This document shows positions 1-9,738 of a stretch of DNA of 61,919 nucleotides, piece after piece. A program made the position numbers and the translations under genes. The stretch comes from Gemmatimonadota bacterium (GTDB taxonomy: Bacteria > Gemmatimonadota > Gemmatimonadetes > Gemmatimonadales > GWC2-71-9). Every line of letters starts with the position of its first letter. Within the stretch, counting starts at the first letter, position 1. Under the pieces are notes generated by a model. It was not told where the DNA came from. It made no database searches and saw nothing but the letters and a program-made list of their open reading frames with translations. The DNA lies in contig QHTZ01000070.1 in assembly GCA_003221005.1 (NCBI GenBank), forward strand, positions 1 through 61,919. Direction: 5' to 3'.

Positions 1-3
1 GCC

Positions 4-1278
4 GTGCGTGACGCCAGCGTCGTGATGCGCGAGGGCCGGATCGTCTGTGCGGGGCCGCGATCGGCGTGCGCTGTGCCGGCCGGGGCCGACACGGTAAGCG
101 TCGCGGGGAAGTGGATCATCCCAGGGCTGATCGACACGCATGTGCACTTCTCCCAGACGGGCTGGGTGGACGGTAGGCCCGACGCGCTCGACCTGCGCGA
201 GGCCTATCCCTACGATGAGGTCGAAGCGGAGCTGCACGCCCGCCCGGACCGGTTCTTCCGCTCCTACCTCTGCAGCGGTGTGACCTCGGTGTTCGACGTG
301 GGTGGTTATCCCTGGACGCTCGATCTCCAGGAGCGCACCGAGCGCAGCACCGCCGCGCCGCGCGTGCTCGCAGCCGCCTCCTTGCTCTCGACGGTCGATT
401 TCTGGCTGAACCTCCCCGACCAGCGGCAATTCATCTATATGGCCGACGAGGCAACGGTGCGACGCGCGGTGCGCGCCCACAAGGCGTGGGGTGCGGCAGC
501 GATCAAGGTCTGGTACATCATGCCGCCGCAGCCTCCCGATACGGCGCGGATGTCGGCGCTGGTGCACGCGGCGGGCGACGAGGCGCGGCGCGTCGGACTC
601 CCGCTCATCGTGCACGCGACCGGCTTATGGGAGGCGAAGGACGCGCTGCGGGCGGGAGCGAGCGTGCTGGTGCACTCGGTCTGGTCCGCGCCGGTGGACA
701 GCGAGTTCATCGCCCTCGCCCTGCGCCAGCAGGCCGTGTACGTACCCACGCTCATGGTCCCCGACGGCTACCGCCAAGTGGCGGTGCGCCACTTCGAGCG
801 CGAGCGGCAGCCGCTGGAATGCGTCGATCCCGCCACGCGCGCCAAAGCACTCGCGACGGACACTGTAGCCCCCGGGAAGCGACCGACCGCTGCCGTCGCG
901 GAGGAGCGCAGCGCGCGAGTGGCCCGGAACTTCGCGCAGGGGCTCGCGAACCTGAAGCGGGTGCATGATGCCGGAGTTCCGGTCGCCCTCGGCACCGACG
1001 CCGGGAATCCCCTCACGCTGCACGGCGCGTCGGTATTCATGGAGCTCGAGGCGATGCAGCAGGCCGGGCTCACGCCGCGGGACGTGCTCGTCGCCGCGAC
1101 GCGGGACGCCGCTCGGGCGCTGGGCCTGCGCGGCACCGGCACGGTGACGGCGGGGGCGATGGCGGACCTCGTCGTGCTCGACGCCGACCCACTCGCGGAC
1201 ATCAAGAACGTGCGCCGTATCGCGCTCGTCGTGCGGCGGGGTGAGATCCACCGTCGCTCGGAGCTCGAATATCGGTAG
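4..1278 (+). CDS. Metal-dependent amidohydrolase family protein (probably 5'-truncated by the window edge)
   Basis: PGLIDTHVH (HxH), VHA/VHS metal-ligand histidines, GTDAG, C-terminal GxxADLVVL..DP motif. Confidence 0.85.
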   Translation: MRDASVVMREGRIVCAGPRSACAVPAGADTVSVAGKWIIPGLIDTHVHFSQTGWVDGRPDALDLREAYPYDEVEAELHARPDRFFRSYLCSGVTSVFDVGGYPWTLDLQERTERSTAAPRVLAAASLLSTVDFWLNLPDQRQFIYMADEATVRRAVRAHKAWGAAAIKVWYIMPPQPPDTARMSALVHAAGDEARRVGLPLIVHATGLWEAKDALRAGASVLVHSVWSAPVDSEFIALALRQQAVYVPTLMVPDGYRQVAVRHFERERQPLECVDPATRAKALATDTVAPGKRPTAAVAEERSARVARNFAQGLANLKRVHDAGVPVALGTDAGNPLTLHGASVFMELEAMQQAGLTPRDVLVAATRDAARALGLRGTGTVTAGAMADLVVLDADPLADIKNVRRIALVVRRGEIHRRSELEYR

Positions 1279-1298
1279 GCCGCGGCGTGAGCCGCGGG

Positions 1299-1982
1299 TC
1301 AGTCGCCCGCGAGCCGCACGCCGACCTCGTCGAGATGGCGCAGCAAGTCGGCGGGGTCCTGATACACGCGGTAAGCGCCCGCGCGCTCCAGCTCCTCCTG
1401 CCCGTACCCTCCCGACAGCAGCCCCACGCTGAGCGCGCGGGCGCGTCGCGCGGCGAGCAAGTCCCACACGCTGTCGCCCACGACCACCGAGTCGGCGACC
1501 GGGACCTTGAGCCGCTCGGCCGCCGCGAGGAACAGGTCGGGGTCGGGCTTCGCATGCTTCACTTGGTCGCGGGTGATCAGGGGTGTGTCCGGAGGCACAC
1601 CCAGCATGGTGAGCGTGGGGCGCGCGCTCTCGAGGCGCCCGCTGGTCGCGATCGCCCAGGGGACCTGGACCTTGGTGAGATAGGCGAGGAGCTCTCGCGC
1701 ACCGGGGAGGGGGCGCACCTGGCTCACCTGCCGCGCGTAGGACTCGGCGTGCACGCGCAGCACGCGCGCTTCCTCGTCCGGCGTCATCCGCCGTCCGACC
1801 TCTCGCAGCAGCGCGTCGAGGAACAACCCGCCGCTCATGCCGATCCGCCGGTGGATGCGCCACACCGCGAGCTCGATCCCCGCGGCCTCGAGCGCCTCGC
1901 GCCACGCCAGCACATGCTGGTACACGCTGTCCACGAGCGTGCCGTCGAGATCGAACAGGAAGGCGGGAGCGCGCGCGCTCAT
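1299..1982 (-). CDS. HAD-family hydrolase (phosphatase)
   Basis: [10 protein letters not shown] motif I, ATSG motif II, KPDP and VGDS..D motifs III/IV; 4-bp overlap with the upstream gene. Confidence 0.9.
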   Translation of the reverse strand: MSARAPAFLFDLDGTLVDSVYQHVLAWREALEAAGIELAVWRIHRRIGMSGGLFLDALLREVGRRMTPDEEARVLRVHAESYARQVSQVRPLPGARELLAYLTKVQVPWAIATSGRLESARPTLTMLGVPPDTPLITRDQVKHAKPDPDLFLAAAERLKVPVADSVVVGDSVWDLLAARRARALSVGLLSGGYGQEELERAGAYRVYQDPADLLRHLDEVGVRLAGD

Positions 1983-2884
1983 CCCGCGAGCTCCTGAAGG
2001 TCGGCGTCGTCGAGCTGCAGCTGGGCGGCCGCCATGTTCTCCTCGAGGTGCCGCACGCTCGCCGTCCCCGGGATCGGCAGCATCACCGGGGAGCGCCGCA
2101 GCAGCCAGGCGAGCGCCACTTGCGCGGGGGTGGCCTGGAGGCGCTTGGCAACGCGGCGGATGGCCGGGTTACCCGGTCGCAGCAACCGCGTCACCACTCC
2201 GCCGAGCGGGCCGCGCGCCTCCGTCAGGCTTCCGTCGGCGAGCGGAAACCAGGGCAGAAACGCGAGTCCCTCCCGCTCGCAGTAGTTGACCACCGCTTCG
2301 TAGTGTCGCTCCGCGAAGTTGTAGCGGTTCTGCACCGAGACAATCGGCGCCAGCCGGCGCGCCGCTTCCAGGTCAGCCACCGTGACTTCCGAGAGCCCGA
2401 TGTGCCGGATTTTCCCTGCGTCCTTCAGCCGCACCAGCGCGCCCAGCTGATCTGCGAGCGGCACCGCCCGATCAATGCGGTGCAGCTGGTACAAATCGAT
2501 CCGGTCGAGCTTGAGCCGGGCGAGGCTGCCTTCGCAGGCGGCGCGCAGGTGCGCGGGTCGGCCGTTCGGCGTCCAGCGGTTTGGGCCGGGACGCTCGAGC
2601 CCGGCCTTCGTCGCGATCACGAGCCCCGCGGGATAGGGATACAGCGCTTCAGCGATCAGCCGCTCGCTCACCGCGGGGCCGTACGAGTCGGCGGTGTCGA
2701 TGAGATTGACGCCGAGCTCAACGGCCCGGCGTAATACCGCGATCGCCTCGCGCTGGTCGCGCGGCTCGCCCCATACCCCCGGCCCGGTGATCCGCATCGC
2801 CCCGAATCCGAGCCGGTGCACGGGAAGATCGCCGCCGAGGAGGAAGGTGTGGTGTTCTGTTGCGCGGACGCCGTAGGCGCTCAT
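1979..2884 (-). CDS. Aldo/keto reductase
   Basis: [40 protein letters not shown] motifs; start moved to ATG 2884 (MSAYGV) because the longer ORF-track extension is non-homologous. Confidence 0.9.
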   Translation of the reverse strand: MSAYGVRATEHHTFLLGGDLPVHRLGFGAMRITGPGVWGEPRDQREAIAVLRRAVELGVNLIDTADSYGPAVSERLIAEALYPYPAGLVIATKAGLERPGPNRWTPNGRPAHLRAACEGSLARLKLDRIDLYQLHRIDRAVPLADQLGALVRLKDAGKIRHIGLSEVTVADLEAARRLAPIVSVQNRYNFAERHYEAVVNYCEREGLAFLPWFPLADGSLTEARGPLGGVVTRLLRPGNPAIRRVAKRLQATPAQVALAWLLRRSPVMLPIPGTASVRHLEENMAAAQLQLDDADLQELAG

Positions 2885-3027
2885 GCCGAACAATAACAAA
2901 CTAGGTACGACTCGCGTTCCGCGCCGAGGACCGTAGCGCGCTCGCCACATGGCGGCCGGTCGGCTCGGTCGCCCAGGGTCGGCACCTGTCTTGCGGTTCC
3001 TGCGGCCGGTCATTGGAGGAGGACTCT

Positions 3028-4530
3028 ATGAGGAAGTGGCTCGCCGCCGCCGCGCTCCTGGTCACCGTCGGGGCGTGCGACACGCGGCCCGAATTAGCGG
3101 CGCCCGACCACGGCCGGGCGCTTACGCTGGGGGGCAGTTCGGGGACCGTGTTCGATCCCGCGCTGTCCGCCGCGCTCGCGACCGCAGCTCCCACGGACAG
3201 TCTCGTCGTGATCGTCAACTATGATGAAGCCGCGACCACCGGGGACGTGGTCACGAGCGCACTTCTGGTCCTCGGCGCGGGTGTGATTCAGTTCAAGCAT
3301 CTCGAGCTCGTAGCGGCGCTCGCCACGCCCGCCCAGATCTATGCCATGGCCGGGTTGAGCGGTATCCGATCCATTTACCTCAACCGCCAGCTGCGGTACT
3401 ACGGTCTCCCGTTCAGCGGCCTGCTGCTGCACGAGAGCGTTCCCACGATCCGGGCCGACGCGGTGCGGGCGATGGGCATCACAGGGAAAGACGTCGGGAT
3501 CGCGATCCTCGACTCCGGGATCGACGGGCTCTACAACCCTGACGTCCATTACCCCGAGAAGACGGTCCAGAACATCAAGATCCTCTTCAACCTCCGGGAC
3601 GTGTTCACGTTCCAGGGGTCGATCAACAGAATCATCAAGAACGGCGCCGAGCTGTTCGTCGAGAACCTGCCCAACAGCGAGACGTCAATCGGGCACGGCA
3701 CCCATGTCTCCGGAATCGCTGCCGGTCTGGGGACGGCGTCGGGTGGCTACTACACCGGCGTCGCCCCGGGGGCGAAACTCGTCGGCATCGGGGCAGGGGA
3801 CGTGCTGTTCGTGTTTTGGATCCTCGCCGGGTTCGACTACATCCTCGACCACCAGCAGGACTACAACATCCAAGTGGTGAACAACTCCTGGGGCTCGAGC
3901 GGGGCGTTCGATCCCGACGATCCGATCAACAAGGCGACGAAGACGGTGCACGATCACGGCATCACCGTCGTGTTCGCCGCCGGGAATGACGGGCCCGACG
4001 AGAACACGCTGAATCCCTACAGCGTCGCGCCCTGGGTGATCGGCGTCGCCGCGGGGTGCAAGCTCGTGAGCCCCGACCCGACGAATTCAGCGATTCACTG
4101 CGACGATCCGACCGGCCAGAACCGGCCTCCCTGGCTCGCCGATTTCTCGTCCCGTGGGATCCCGGACGACCCCCTCTATCACCCAGCGATCACCGCGCCC
4201 GGTGTGCACATCGTCTCTACTCGCGCTTCGACCGGCCTGGTGCTGAACGCGACCGACGCGCCGCACGACTTTGATTTGACGAGCACTTGTGCCCTGAGCC
4301 TGGCCTACGCGCTGTACTACACCTGCGCCTCCGGCACCTCGATGGCCACCCCACACGTGGTGGGCGTCGTGGCGCTGATGCAGGATGCGGCCGGGGGGAG
4401 CCTGACGCCCGACCAGGTACATGACATTCTCACGCAGACGGCACGCCCGCTGCCCGGGTTTGGGGAGTGGGAGGTCGGGGCGGGGTACGTCGATGCACTG
4501 GCCGCGGTGAACGCCGTGCTGGGGCGGTGA
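3028..4530 (+). CDS. S8 (subtilisin-like) serine peptidase, likely lipoprotein
   Basis: Catalytic triad ILDSG / GHGTH / GTSMA, oxyanion AAGN; GGAGGA RBS before ATG 3028; signal peptide ending VGAC (lipobox-like). Confidence 0.9.
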   Translation: MRKWLAAAALLVTVGACDTRPELAAPDHGRALTLGGSSGTVFDPALSAALATAAPTDSLVVIVNYDEAATTGDVVTSALLVLGAGVIQFKHLELVAALATPAQIYAMAGLSGIRSIYLNRQLRYYGLPFSGLLLHESVPTIRADAVRAMGITGKDVGIAILDSGIDGLYNPDVHYPEKTVQNIKILFNLRDVFTFQGSINRIIKNGAELFVENLPNSETSIGHGTHVSGIAAGLGTASGGYYTGVAPGAKLVGIGAGDVLFVFWILAGFDYILDHQQDYNIQVVNNSWGSSGAFDPDDPINKATKTVHDHGITVVFAAGNDGPDENTLNPYSVAPWVIGVAAGCKLVSPDPTNSAIHCDDPTGQNRPPWLADFSSRGIPDDPLYHPAITAPGVHIVSTRASTGLVLNATDAPHDFDLTSTCALSLAYALYYTCASGTSMATPHVVGVVALMQDAAGGSLTPDQVHDILTQTARPLPGFGEWEVGAGYVDALAAVNAVLGR

Positions 4531-4564
4531 AGCCGTTGGGCGGAGAGCGGGCCAGGGGGTGAGG

Positions 4565-5197
4565 TTATGGAATGCCGAGGAGCTTGTGCGTCTGGAGGCT
4601 GAGCCGCCACCGGGGATGCTCGAGACAGTAGCGTAGCGCGAGGTCGGTGTTGCGGATGCGGTCGGGCCCGTCCATCGGCTGGAGGAAGAAGTGGCAGAAG
4701 GCCAGCCCCGCGACGTTCTCGGGCGGCAGCCCTTTCTGGGGATACACCAGCTTCAGCTCCTGCCCGGAGCGCAGCACCAGCGCGGCTCCGGCCTTGGGGC
4801 TCACGCACACCCAGTCAATGCCCGGCGGCGGGAGCAGCGTGCCGTTGGTCTCGATCGCGACGTCGAATCCCGTCGCGTGCAGTGCCGCGACGAGCGGCGC
4901 GTCTAACTGCAGCAGCGGCTCGCCGCCGGTGCACACCACAAAGCGTCGCTTCGCGTCCCCGGGCCACGCCGCCGCAACCGCAGCCGCGAGCTCGCGGGCG
5001 GTCGCGAACTTTCCGCCCGCCGGTCCATCGGTGCCGACGAAGTCCGTGTCGCAGAAGTCGCACGTCGCGCTCGCGCGGTCCTCCTCGCGTCCCGACCACA
5101 GGTTGCATCCCGCGAATCGCAGGAACACCGCCGGCCGGCCCACGTTGGCGCCCTCACCCTGGAGCGTGTAGTAGATCTCCTTCACCGCGTAGCTCAT
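4565..5197 (-). CDS. queE: 7-carboxy-7-deazaguanine synthase (radical SAM, Cx14CxxC type)
   Basis: [15 protein letters not shown]-x14-CDFCDT, TGGEP, ETNG, SPK, LQTHK; start overlaps the queC stop. Confidence 0.95.
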   Translation of the reverse strand: MSYAVKEIYYTLQGEGANVGRPAVFLRFAGCNLWSGREEDRASATCDFCDTDFVGTDGPAGGKFATARELAAAVAAAWPGDAKRRFVVCTGGEPLLQLDAPLVAALHATGFDVAIETNGTLLPPPGIDWVCVSPKAGAALVLRSGQELKLVYPQKGLPPENVAGLAFCHFFLQPMDGPDRIRNTDLALRYCLEHPRWRLSLQTHKLLGIP

Positions 5198-5910
5198 GGC
5201 GTGACACCCGCCGTCGCCCGGTAGCGGATCGGATCGCGCGCGCCCGCCTCGGCGAAGCCTTTCAGGCGGAGCAGGCACGCGTCGCACCGCCCGCATGCCT
5301 CGCCCGCGGGGGAGGGGTCATAGCAGCTCGTCGTGAGGCCGTAGTCGATTCCCAGCGACAGACCGGTCTCGATGATCTCCTTCTTCGAGAGGGAGATGAG
5401 CGGCGTGTGGATGCGCAAGCGCTGCCGGCTCTCGACACCCGCCTTGGTGGCGAGGTCGGCCAGCGCCTGAAACGCGGCGATGTACTCGGGCCGGCAATCG
5501 GGGTAGCCGCTGTAGTCGACTGCGTTCACGCCGACGAAGATGTCGCTTGCCCCCAGTACCTCCGCCCAGGCGAGGGCGAATGACAGGAAGATCGTGTTGC
5601 GGGCCGGCACGTAGGTGACCGGGATACCGTGCGCCATGTCACGGGGCGCGCGATCCTTGGGGACGGCGATGTCGTCCGTCAGCGCCGACCCGCCGAAGCG
5701 CCGCAGGTCGAAGGCGACAATCTCGTGTTGCGCCACGCGGAACGCGCGCGCCACGCGGCGCGCGGCGTCGATCTCGGCCTCGTGGCGCTGGCCGTAACGG
5801 AACGTCAGGGCGTACAGCTCGAACCCCTGGCGCGCGGCGAGGGCGAGTGTGGTGGTCGAATCGACGCCGCCGGAGAGCAGCACGACGGCCCTGGGTACCG
5901 GATGTGTCAT
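5194..5910 (-). CDS. queC: 7-cyano-7-deazaguanine synthase
   Basis: SGGVDS PP-loop, YGQRH, VPARN, YPDCR, SCY..CGRCDAC Zn site. Confidence 0.95.
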   Translation of the reverse strand: MTHPVPRAVVLLSGGVDSTTTLALAARQGFELYALTFRYGQRHEAEIDAARRVARAFRVAQHEIVAFDLRRFGGSALTDDIAVPKDRAPRDMAHGIPVTYVPARNTIFLSFALAWAEVLGASDIFVGVNAVDYSGYPDCRPEYIAAFQALADLATKAGVESRQRLRIHTPLISLSKKEIIETGLSLGIDYGLTTSCYDPSPAGEACGRCDACLLRLKGFAEAGARDPIRYRATAGVTP

Positions 5911-5970
5911 CGCGGTGTGCCGGGCGCTCCTGGGCGGATGGCCGCCCGTTTCGTTACGTTAGCGAAGTCT

Positions 5971-6396
5971 ATGCGCGATCGCGCCCCGAAACCCATGCCC
6001 CGAGCGGAGTCGCCGCTCCCCCGGACGGGCCCGCTGCCGCGTCCCCTGAACCCTACGGCGGCGCGGGAATACCTCAAGGCCGACGCGTTTCCCGCCCCCG
6101 GCGTGCAGACGGTGACCCTCACGGCGACCGAGTTCACCTCTATCTGTCCGCGTACCGGCCAGCCCGATTTCGGGAGCGTGATCATCGAATACACGCCGCG
6201 CGAGCGCTGCCTCGAGTCCCGCTCGCTCAAGGTCTATCTCTGGTCCTATCGCGACGAGGGGGCCTTCTGCGAGAGTCTCGCGGCCCGGATCGCGGACGAC
6301 ATCGTTTACGCCATCCAGCCGCAGGCGCTGCGCGTGCAGGTCAACCAGAACGTGCGCGGCGGGATCGCGCTCCTGGCTGTGGCGGTGCGGGGTTGA
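5971..6396 (+). CDS. queF: NADPH-dependent preQ0 reductase (unimodular QueF); alternative start 5995
   Basis: EFTSICPRTGQPDF catalytic Cys/Asp, QueF-like motif ESRSLKVYL, RGGI C-terminus; divergent from queC. Confidence 0.85.
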   Translation: MRDRAPKPMPRAESPLPRTGPLPRPLNPTAAREYLKADAFPAPGVQTVTLTATEFTSICPRTGQPDFGSVIIEYTPRERCLESRSLKVYLWSYRDEGAFCESLAARIADDIVYAIQPQALRVQVNQNVRGGIALLAVAVRG

Positions 6397-6452
6397 ACGC
6401 GAAGGCGGGACCGGAAGTGGGCCGGTCCCGCCTCGACGCGCCGCGCGCCAGG

Positions 6453-7415
6453 TCAGACCCGAACGCTCAGCGGCTCGCCCCGCAGCTTCGCCCGCAGCGT
6501 GGGGTGGGTCGCCCAGACGTACCACCCCATCGATGCCACCGCGAGCAGGTTCGCAACCAAGGTCAGCCAGACGCCCCACGCGCCCAACGCCCACTGGGCC
6601 CCGAGCGCGAGCGCGGCCACGACCACGCCTTCGAGCACGATCGCCGTCATCACGGCGAGGAGCAGGAAGGACGGTGAGCGCTCGATCTGCTCCGCGATCG
6701 TGACGAAGACGACGCCCGCGACTGCAAAGGCGACCCCGTGCACCACCGTGTACGCCGCCACGACGCCCAGGTTGACGTGGTAGGCCCCGTGACTCGAAGC
6801 GCCGAACAGCAGCGCGGACCCGAGCGCGCTGGGCGTGGCGAACGGGTGACCGGTTACCAGATCCACGAGGAAGAACCAGACTGCGACGACGGCAGCGCCG
6901 AGCAGACCCGTGATCACGCCGCGCGTGAGCTGCGGGTATGCCTTGAGCCCGCCGAGACCGAGCGGCACCTCCGCCCGTTCAGCGCGGTGCAGGTAGGCCA
7001 TCAGGACGAGCCCCGACACCAGATTCGCGCCGATCACATGCGGCCAGGGGATCACCTCCGAGGGGGGCAGGCCACTGAGGAACAGCCCCGTGTAGAAGAC
7101 CACCTCTTGCACGACGATGCCGAAGAACAGGCCAAGGAGCAGCCGGGGCGCCGTGTGCAGTACCGACATCACCCACGCCGCACCCACGCCGAGGAGGGCG
7201 TACACTCCCAAATGGACCACGGAATACACCGCGACCGCCCGAAACGTCGGCTCAATGACGGGAGCAACGTAGAGGGCGTACGCTAGGGCAGCTGGGGTGC
7301 GGAACGGGTAGCCTGCCAAGCTGTCGAGGATGAGGAACCACAGCGCAACTACCAAACCCGCGAGGACGCCGCCGACGACGCCGTGAGCGATCAGCTCGCT
7401 ACTGGATCGTTTCAT
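6453..7415 (-). CDS. Polytopic membrane protein with an internal duplication, function unknown
   Basis: Two homologous halves (G..VALWFLILD...G.PF.TP.AL...VYSVVH / AVWFFLVD...GHPFATPSAL...AYTVVH); GGGAGGG RBS before ATG 7415. Confidence 0.75.
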   Translation of the reverse strand: MKRSSSELIAHGVVGGVLAGLVVALWFLILDSLAGYPFRTPAALAYALYVAPVIEPTFRAVAVYSVVHLGVYALLGVGAAWVMSVLHTAPRLLLGLFFGIVVQEVVFYTGLFLSGLPPSEVIPWPHVIGANLVSGLVLMAYLHRAERAEVPLGLGGLKAYPQLTRGVITGLLGAAVVAVWFFLVDLVTGHPFATPSALGSALLFGASSHGAYHVNLGVVAAYTVVHGVAFAVAGVVFVTIAEQIERSPSFLLLAVMTAIVLEGVVVAALALGAQWALGAWGVWLTLVANLLAVASMGWYVWATHPTLRAKLRGEPLSVRV

Positions 7416-7516
7416 CGCTTTTCCCTCCCACTTCGTTCGAGTACGCAGGGGGAGGGCTCCCCAAAACCCAGGCCGGGGTTGGGCCACAACCCCGGGCCTC
7501 CCCCGCGGGTATCATA
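7416..7516 (-). promoter_or_regulatory. TATGAT -10 box followed by a structured ~90-nt 5' UTR with a possible anti-SD switch
   Basis: -10 at 7516-7511; hairpin CCGGGGTTG/CAACCCCGG; CCCTCCC (7456-7450) can pair with the 5' GGGGGAGG or with the SD GGGAGGG (7429-7423). Confidence 0.45.
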
Positions 7517-7591
7517 CGCCGCGATCCGGCGGGCCGCCACGCCCGGACCGGGCGGGGTGCTAACGGACGGGCGGGACAAGAGATAGGTGGG

Positions 7592-7990
7592 CTAGTCGGC
7601 GCTGGCGACTGCTCCCAGTGCGCGGCGCTGCACCTCGTCCGCGTTCACCGCGGTGAGGGCGGCGTTGTCGACTTCGCCCGTGCGGATGCGGATGACGCGC
7701 TCGATCGGCTGCACGAAGATCTTGCCGTCACCGACTTCACCCGTGCGCGCGGAGGAGAGGATCGCGTTGATCGTCGGCTCCACGAACGGCTCCGAGCAGA
7801 CCATCTCGATGCGCACCTTCTCGCGGAACTCGAGCACGAGGGTGGACCCGCGGTAGGTCTCCTGGAGCTCGCGCTCCCCGCCGTGCCCGCTCGCGCGGCT
7901 GATCGTGATGCCCGTTACTCCGGCTCGGAACAGCGCCGCCTTCACTTGAGGGAGACGCTCGGGTCTGATGACGGTCGTGATGAGCTTCAT
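7592..7990 (-). CDS. glnK: P-II nitrogen regulatory protein
   Basis: MKLITTVIRP, YRG T-loop, TGEVGDGKIFV, RIRTGE; directly downstream of amtB. Confidence 0.95.
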   Translation of the reverse strand: MKLITTVIRPERLPQVKAALFRAGVTGITISRASGHGGERELQETYRGSTLVLEFREKVRIEMVCSEPFVEPTINAILSSARTGEVGDGKIFVQPIERVIRIRTGEVDNAALTAVNADEVQRRALGAVASAD

Positions 7991-8028
7991 GTTCGGTTTG
8001 TCTCCAGATAGGTGTCCGTTGCCCGTCC

Positions 8029-9546
8029 TTACGCCGCCGATGCCTTCAGTGAAACCGCCGCCGATTCGCTGAGGATCACCGCCGACGCGACATCGGGCGT
8101 GTCGGGGTAGGCGAGCGCGCCCATTTCGGGGAGGTCGAGCCCCAGCTCCTCGGCTTCGGCCGAGACGCGATGACCGCCGACCAGCACGGCAGTGATCTTG
8201 TAGGCCACGTAGGTCATCAGGCCGACTGCCACGAAGTTCGTCACCCCGCCGATCACTTCGGCCGCGAATTGGCCGGCGTCGCCGTAGAACAGTCCACGCA
8301 CCGCCCCGTTCACACCGTTCCAGCCGTCTCCGTACGTCCCGTCGGCGAGCAGGCCGAGGGAGAGGATGCCCCAGAACCCGTTGACTCCGTGCACCGAGAT
8401 TGCTCCGACCGGGTCATCGATGCGGAGCCTGCGCTCGATGAAGAAGACCGCCATGCAGACCAAGACTCCCGCTACGCCGCCGATCAACACGGCGGACGGC
8501 GCGGTGACAAAGGCACAGGGCGCCGTGATCGCCACGAGCCCGGCGAGCGCGCCGTTCGCGAGCATGGACGGATCGGGTTTGCCGTACTTGAGCCACATGT
8601 ACAGCATCGCGGTGATGCTTCCCGCGGCCCCAGCCAGCATGGTGTTGGTAGCGATCACACCGATGCGAAGATCGGACCCCGCGAGGGTCGATCCGGGGTT
8701 GAACCCGAACCACCCGAAGCACAGGATGAACGTTCCCACCAGGGCCATGGGAATATTGTGGCCCGGGATCGGGTTCGGCGTCCCGTCGGCGTTGTACTTT
8801 CCGCGGCGCGGCCCGAGCAGCGAGGCGCCGACCAGCGCGATCACGCCACCCGTCAGGTGTACGACGGACGAGCCGGCGAAGTCCACGTGCCCATGCCCGA
8901 GCCCGAGGTTCACCCCCAGCTGCGACAGCCAGCCGCCGCCCCACACCCAGTTCGCATAGACCGGGTAAATGAACGCGCCGATGAACACGCTGAACACGCA
9001 GAACGCGGCGAAGCGCCAGCGCTCCGCCATCGCGCCCGTCGGAATCGTGGCGGTCGTGTCCATGAAGACCATCTGGAACAGGAAGTACGTGAAGACCGGT
9101 GCCGCGTACGCCACGCCGGTGAGGAAGAAGCCGCTGTGGCCGAACAGCCCCCACGCCTTACCGCCCAGGTGCAGGGCGAACTCCACGTTCAGCTTGTCGT
9201 AGCCGCCGAGGGTTGTCATGGGGCCCACGCCGCCCGCCTGGATCGCGAATCCCATTACCCAGTAGCCCATCATCGCAAGGCCGTACACCATAAAGTTCAT
9301 CGCAAACGTGTGCGCCGCGTTCTTAGCCCGTGTGAAGCCGGTCTCCACCATCGCGAAGCCGGCTTGCATGAACATCACGAGGAAGCCCGTGACGAGCGTC
9401 CACACGAAGTTGATGGCGACGGTGTTCGCCGCCGCCGCGACGTTGGCGGCCTTGGCGAGCGAGTCGATGGCAGCGGGTGCTTGCGCGACGAGAGCGAGCG
9501 GGCACACCAGTCCGGGCAGGACGGCGAGCAGGGCCGAGCGTTTCAT
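8029..9546 (-). CDS. amtB: Ammonium transporter
   Basis: MQAGFA, GAMAER, DFAGSSVVH, GWFGFNPGS, DDPVGAISVHG (twin His); N-terminal signal peptide from ATG 9546. Confidence 0.95.
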   Translation of the reverse strand: MKRSALLAVLPGLVCPLALVAQAPAAIDSLAKAANVAAAANTVAINFVWTLVTGFLVMFMQAGFAMVETGFTRAKNAAHTFAMNFMVYGLAMMGYWVMGFAIQAGGVGPMTTLGGYDKLNVEFALHLGGKAWGLFGHSGFFLTGVAYAAPVFTYFLFQMVFMDTTATIPTGAMAERWRFAAFCVFSVFIGAFIYPVYANWVWGGGWLSQLGVNLGLGHGHVDFAGSSVVHLTGGVIALVGASLLGPRRGKYNADGTPNPIPGHNIPMALVGTFILCFGWFGFNPGSTLAGSDLRIGVIATNTMLAGAAGSITAMLYMWLKYGKPDPSMLANGALAGLVAITAPCAFVTAPSAVLIGGVAGVLVCMAVFFIERRLRIDDPVGAISVHGVNGFWGILSLGLLADGTYGDGWNGVNGAVRGLFYGDAGQFAAEVIGGVTNFVAVGLMTYVAYKITAVLVGGHRVSAEAEELGLDLPEMGALAYPDTPDVASAVILSESAAVSLKASAA

Positions 9547-9589
9547 GACAACTCCCGAGGTGGGGGTGGGAAAACGTGGTGTAACCAGA

Positions 9590-9618
9590 ATTGTGCACAA
9601 ACTGCATGATAAAGTCAA
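9590..9618 (-). promoter_or_regulatory. sigma70-type promoter of amtB-glnK overlapped by a TGCA-N5-TGCA site (9594-9606)
   Basis: TTGACT-17bp-CACAAT with extended TG in an AT-rich intergenic region. Confidence 0.6.
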
Positions 9619-9664
9619 CAGTATACGCCAAATGGCATGAATTATGTAAATTGTGACATCAACC

Positions 9665-9693
9665 TTGCATTTCTTGCGCCTTCAAGGTACCAT
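9665..9693 (+). promoter_or_regulatory. Possible promoter of the antiporter gene overlapped by TGCA-N5-TGCG (9666-9678)
   Basis: TTGCAT-17bp-TACCAT. Confidence 0.4.
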
Positions 9694-9738
9694 TAGGCAA
9701 TTCCGCCGCCCGGTCAGATCCTCTGCGGAGGCAACGCT

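Noticed and set aside
4565-6396. 7-deazaguanine DNA-modification (dpd) or phage system
   Set aside because: No dpdA/tgt-like or defence genes nearby; ordinary queuosine precursor genes suffice
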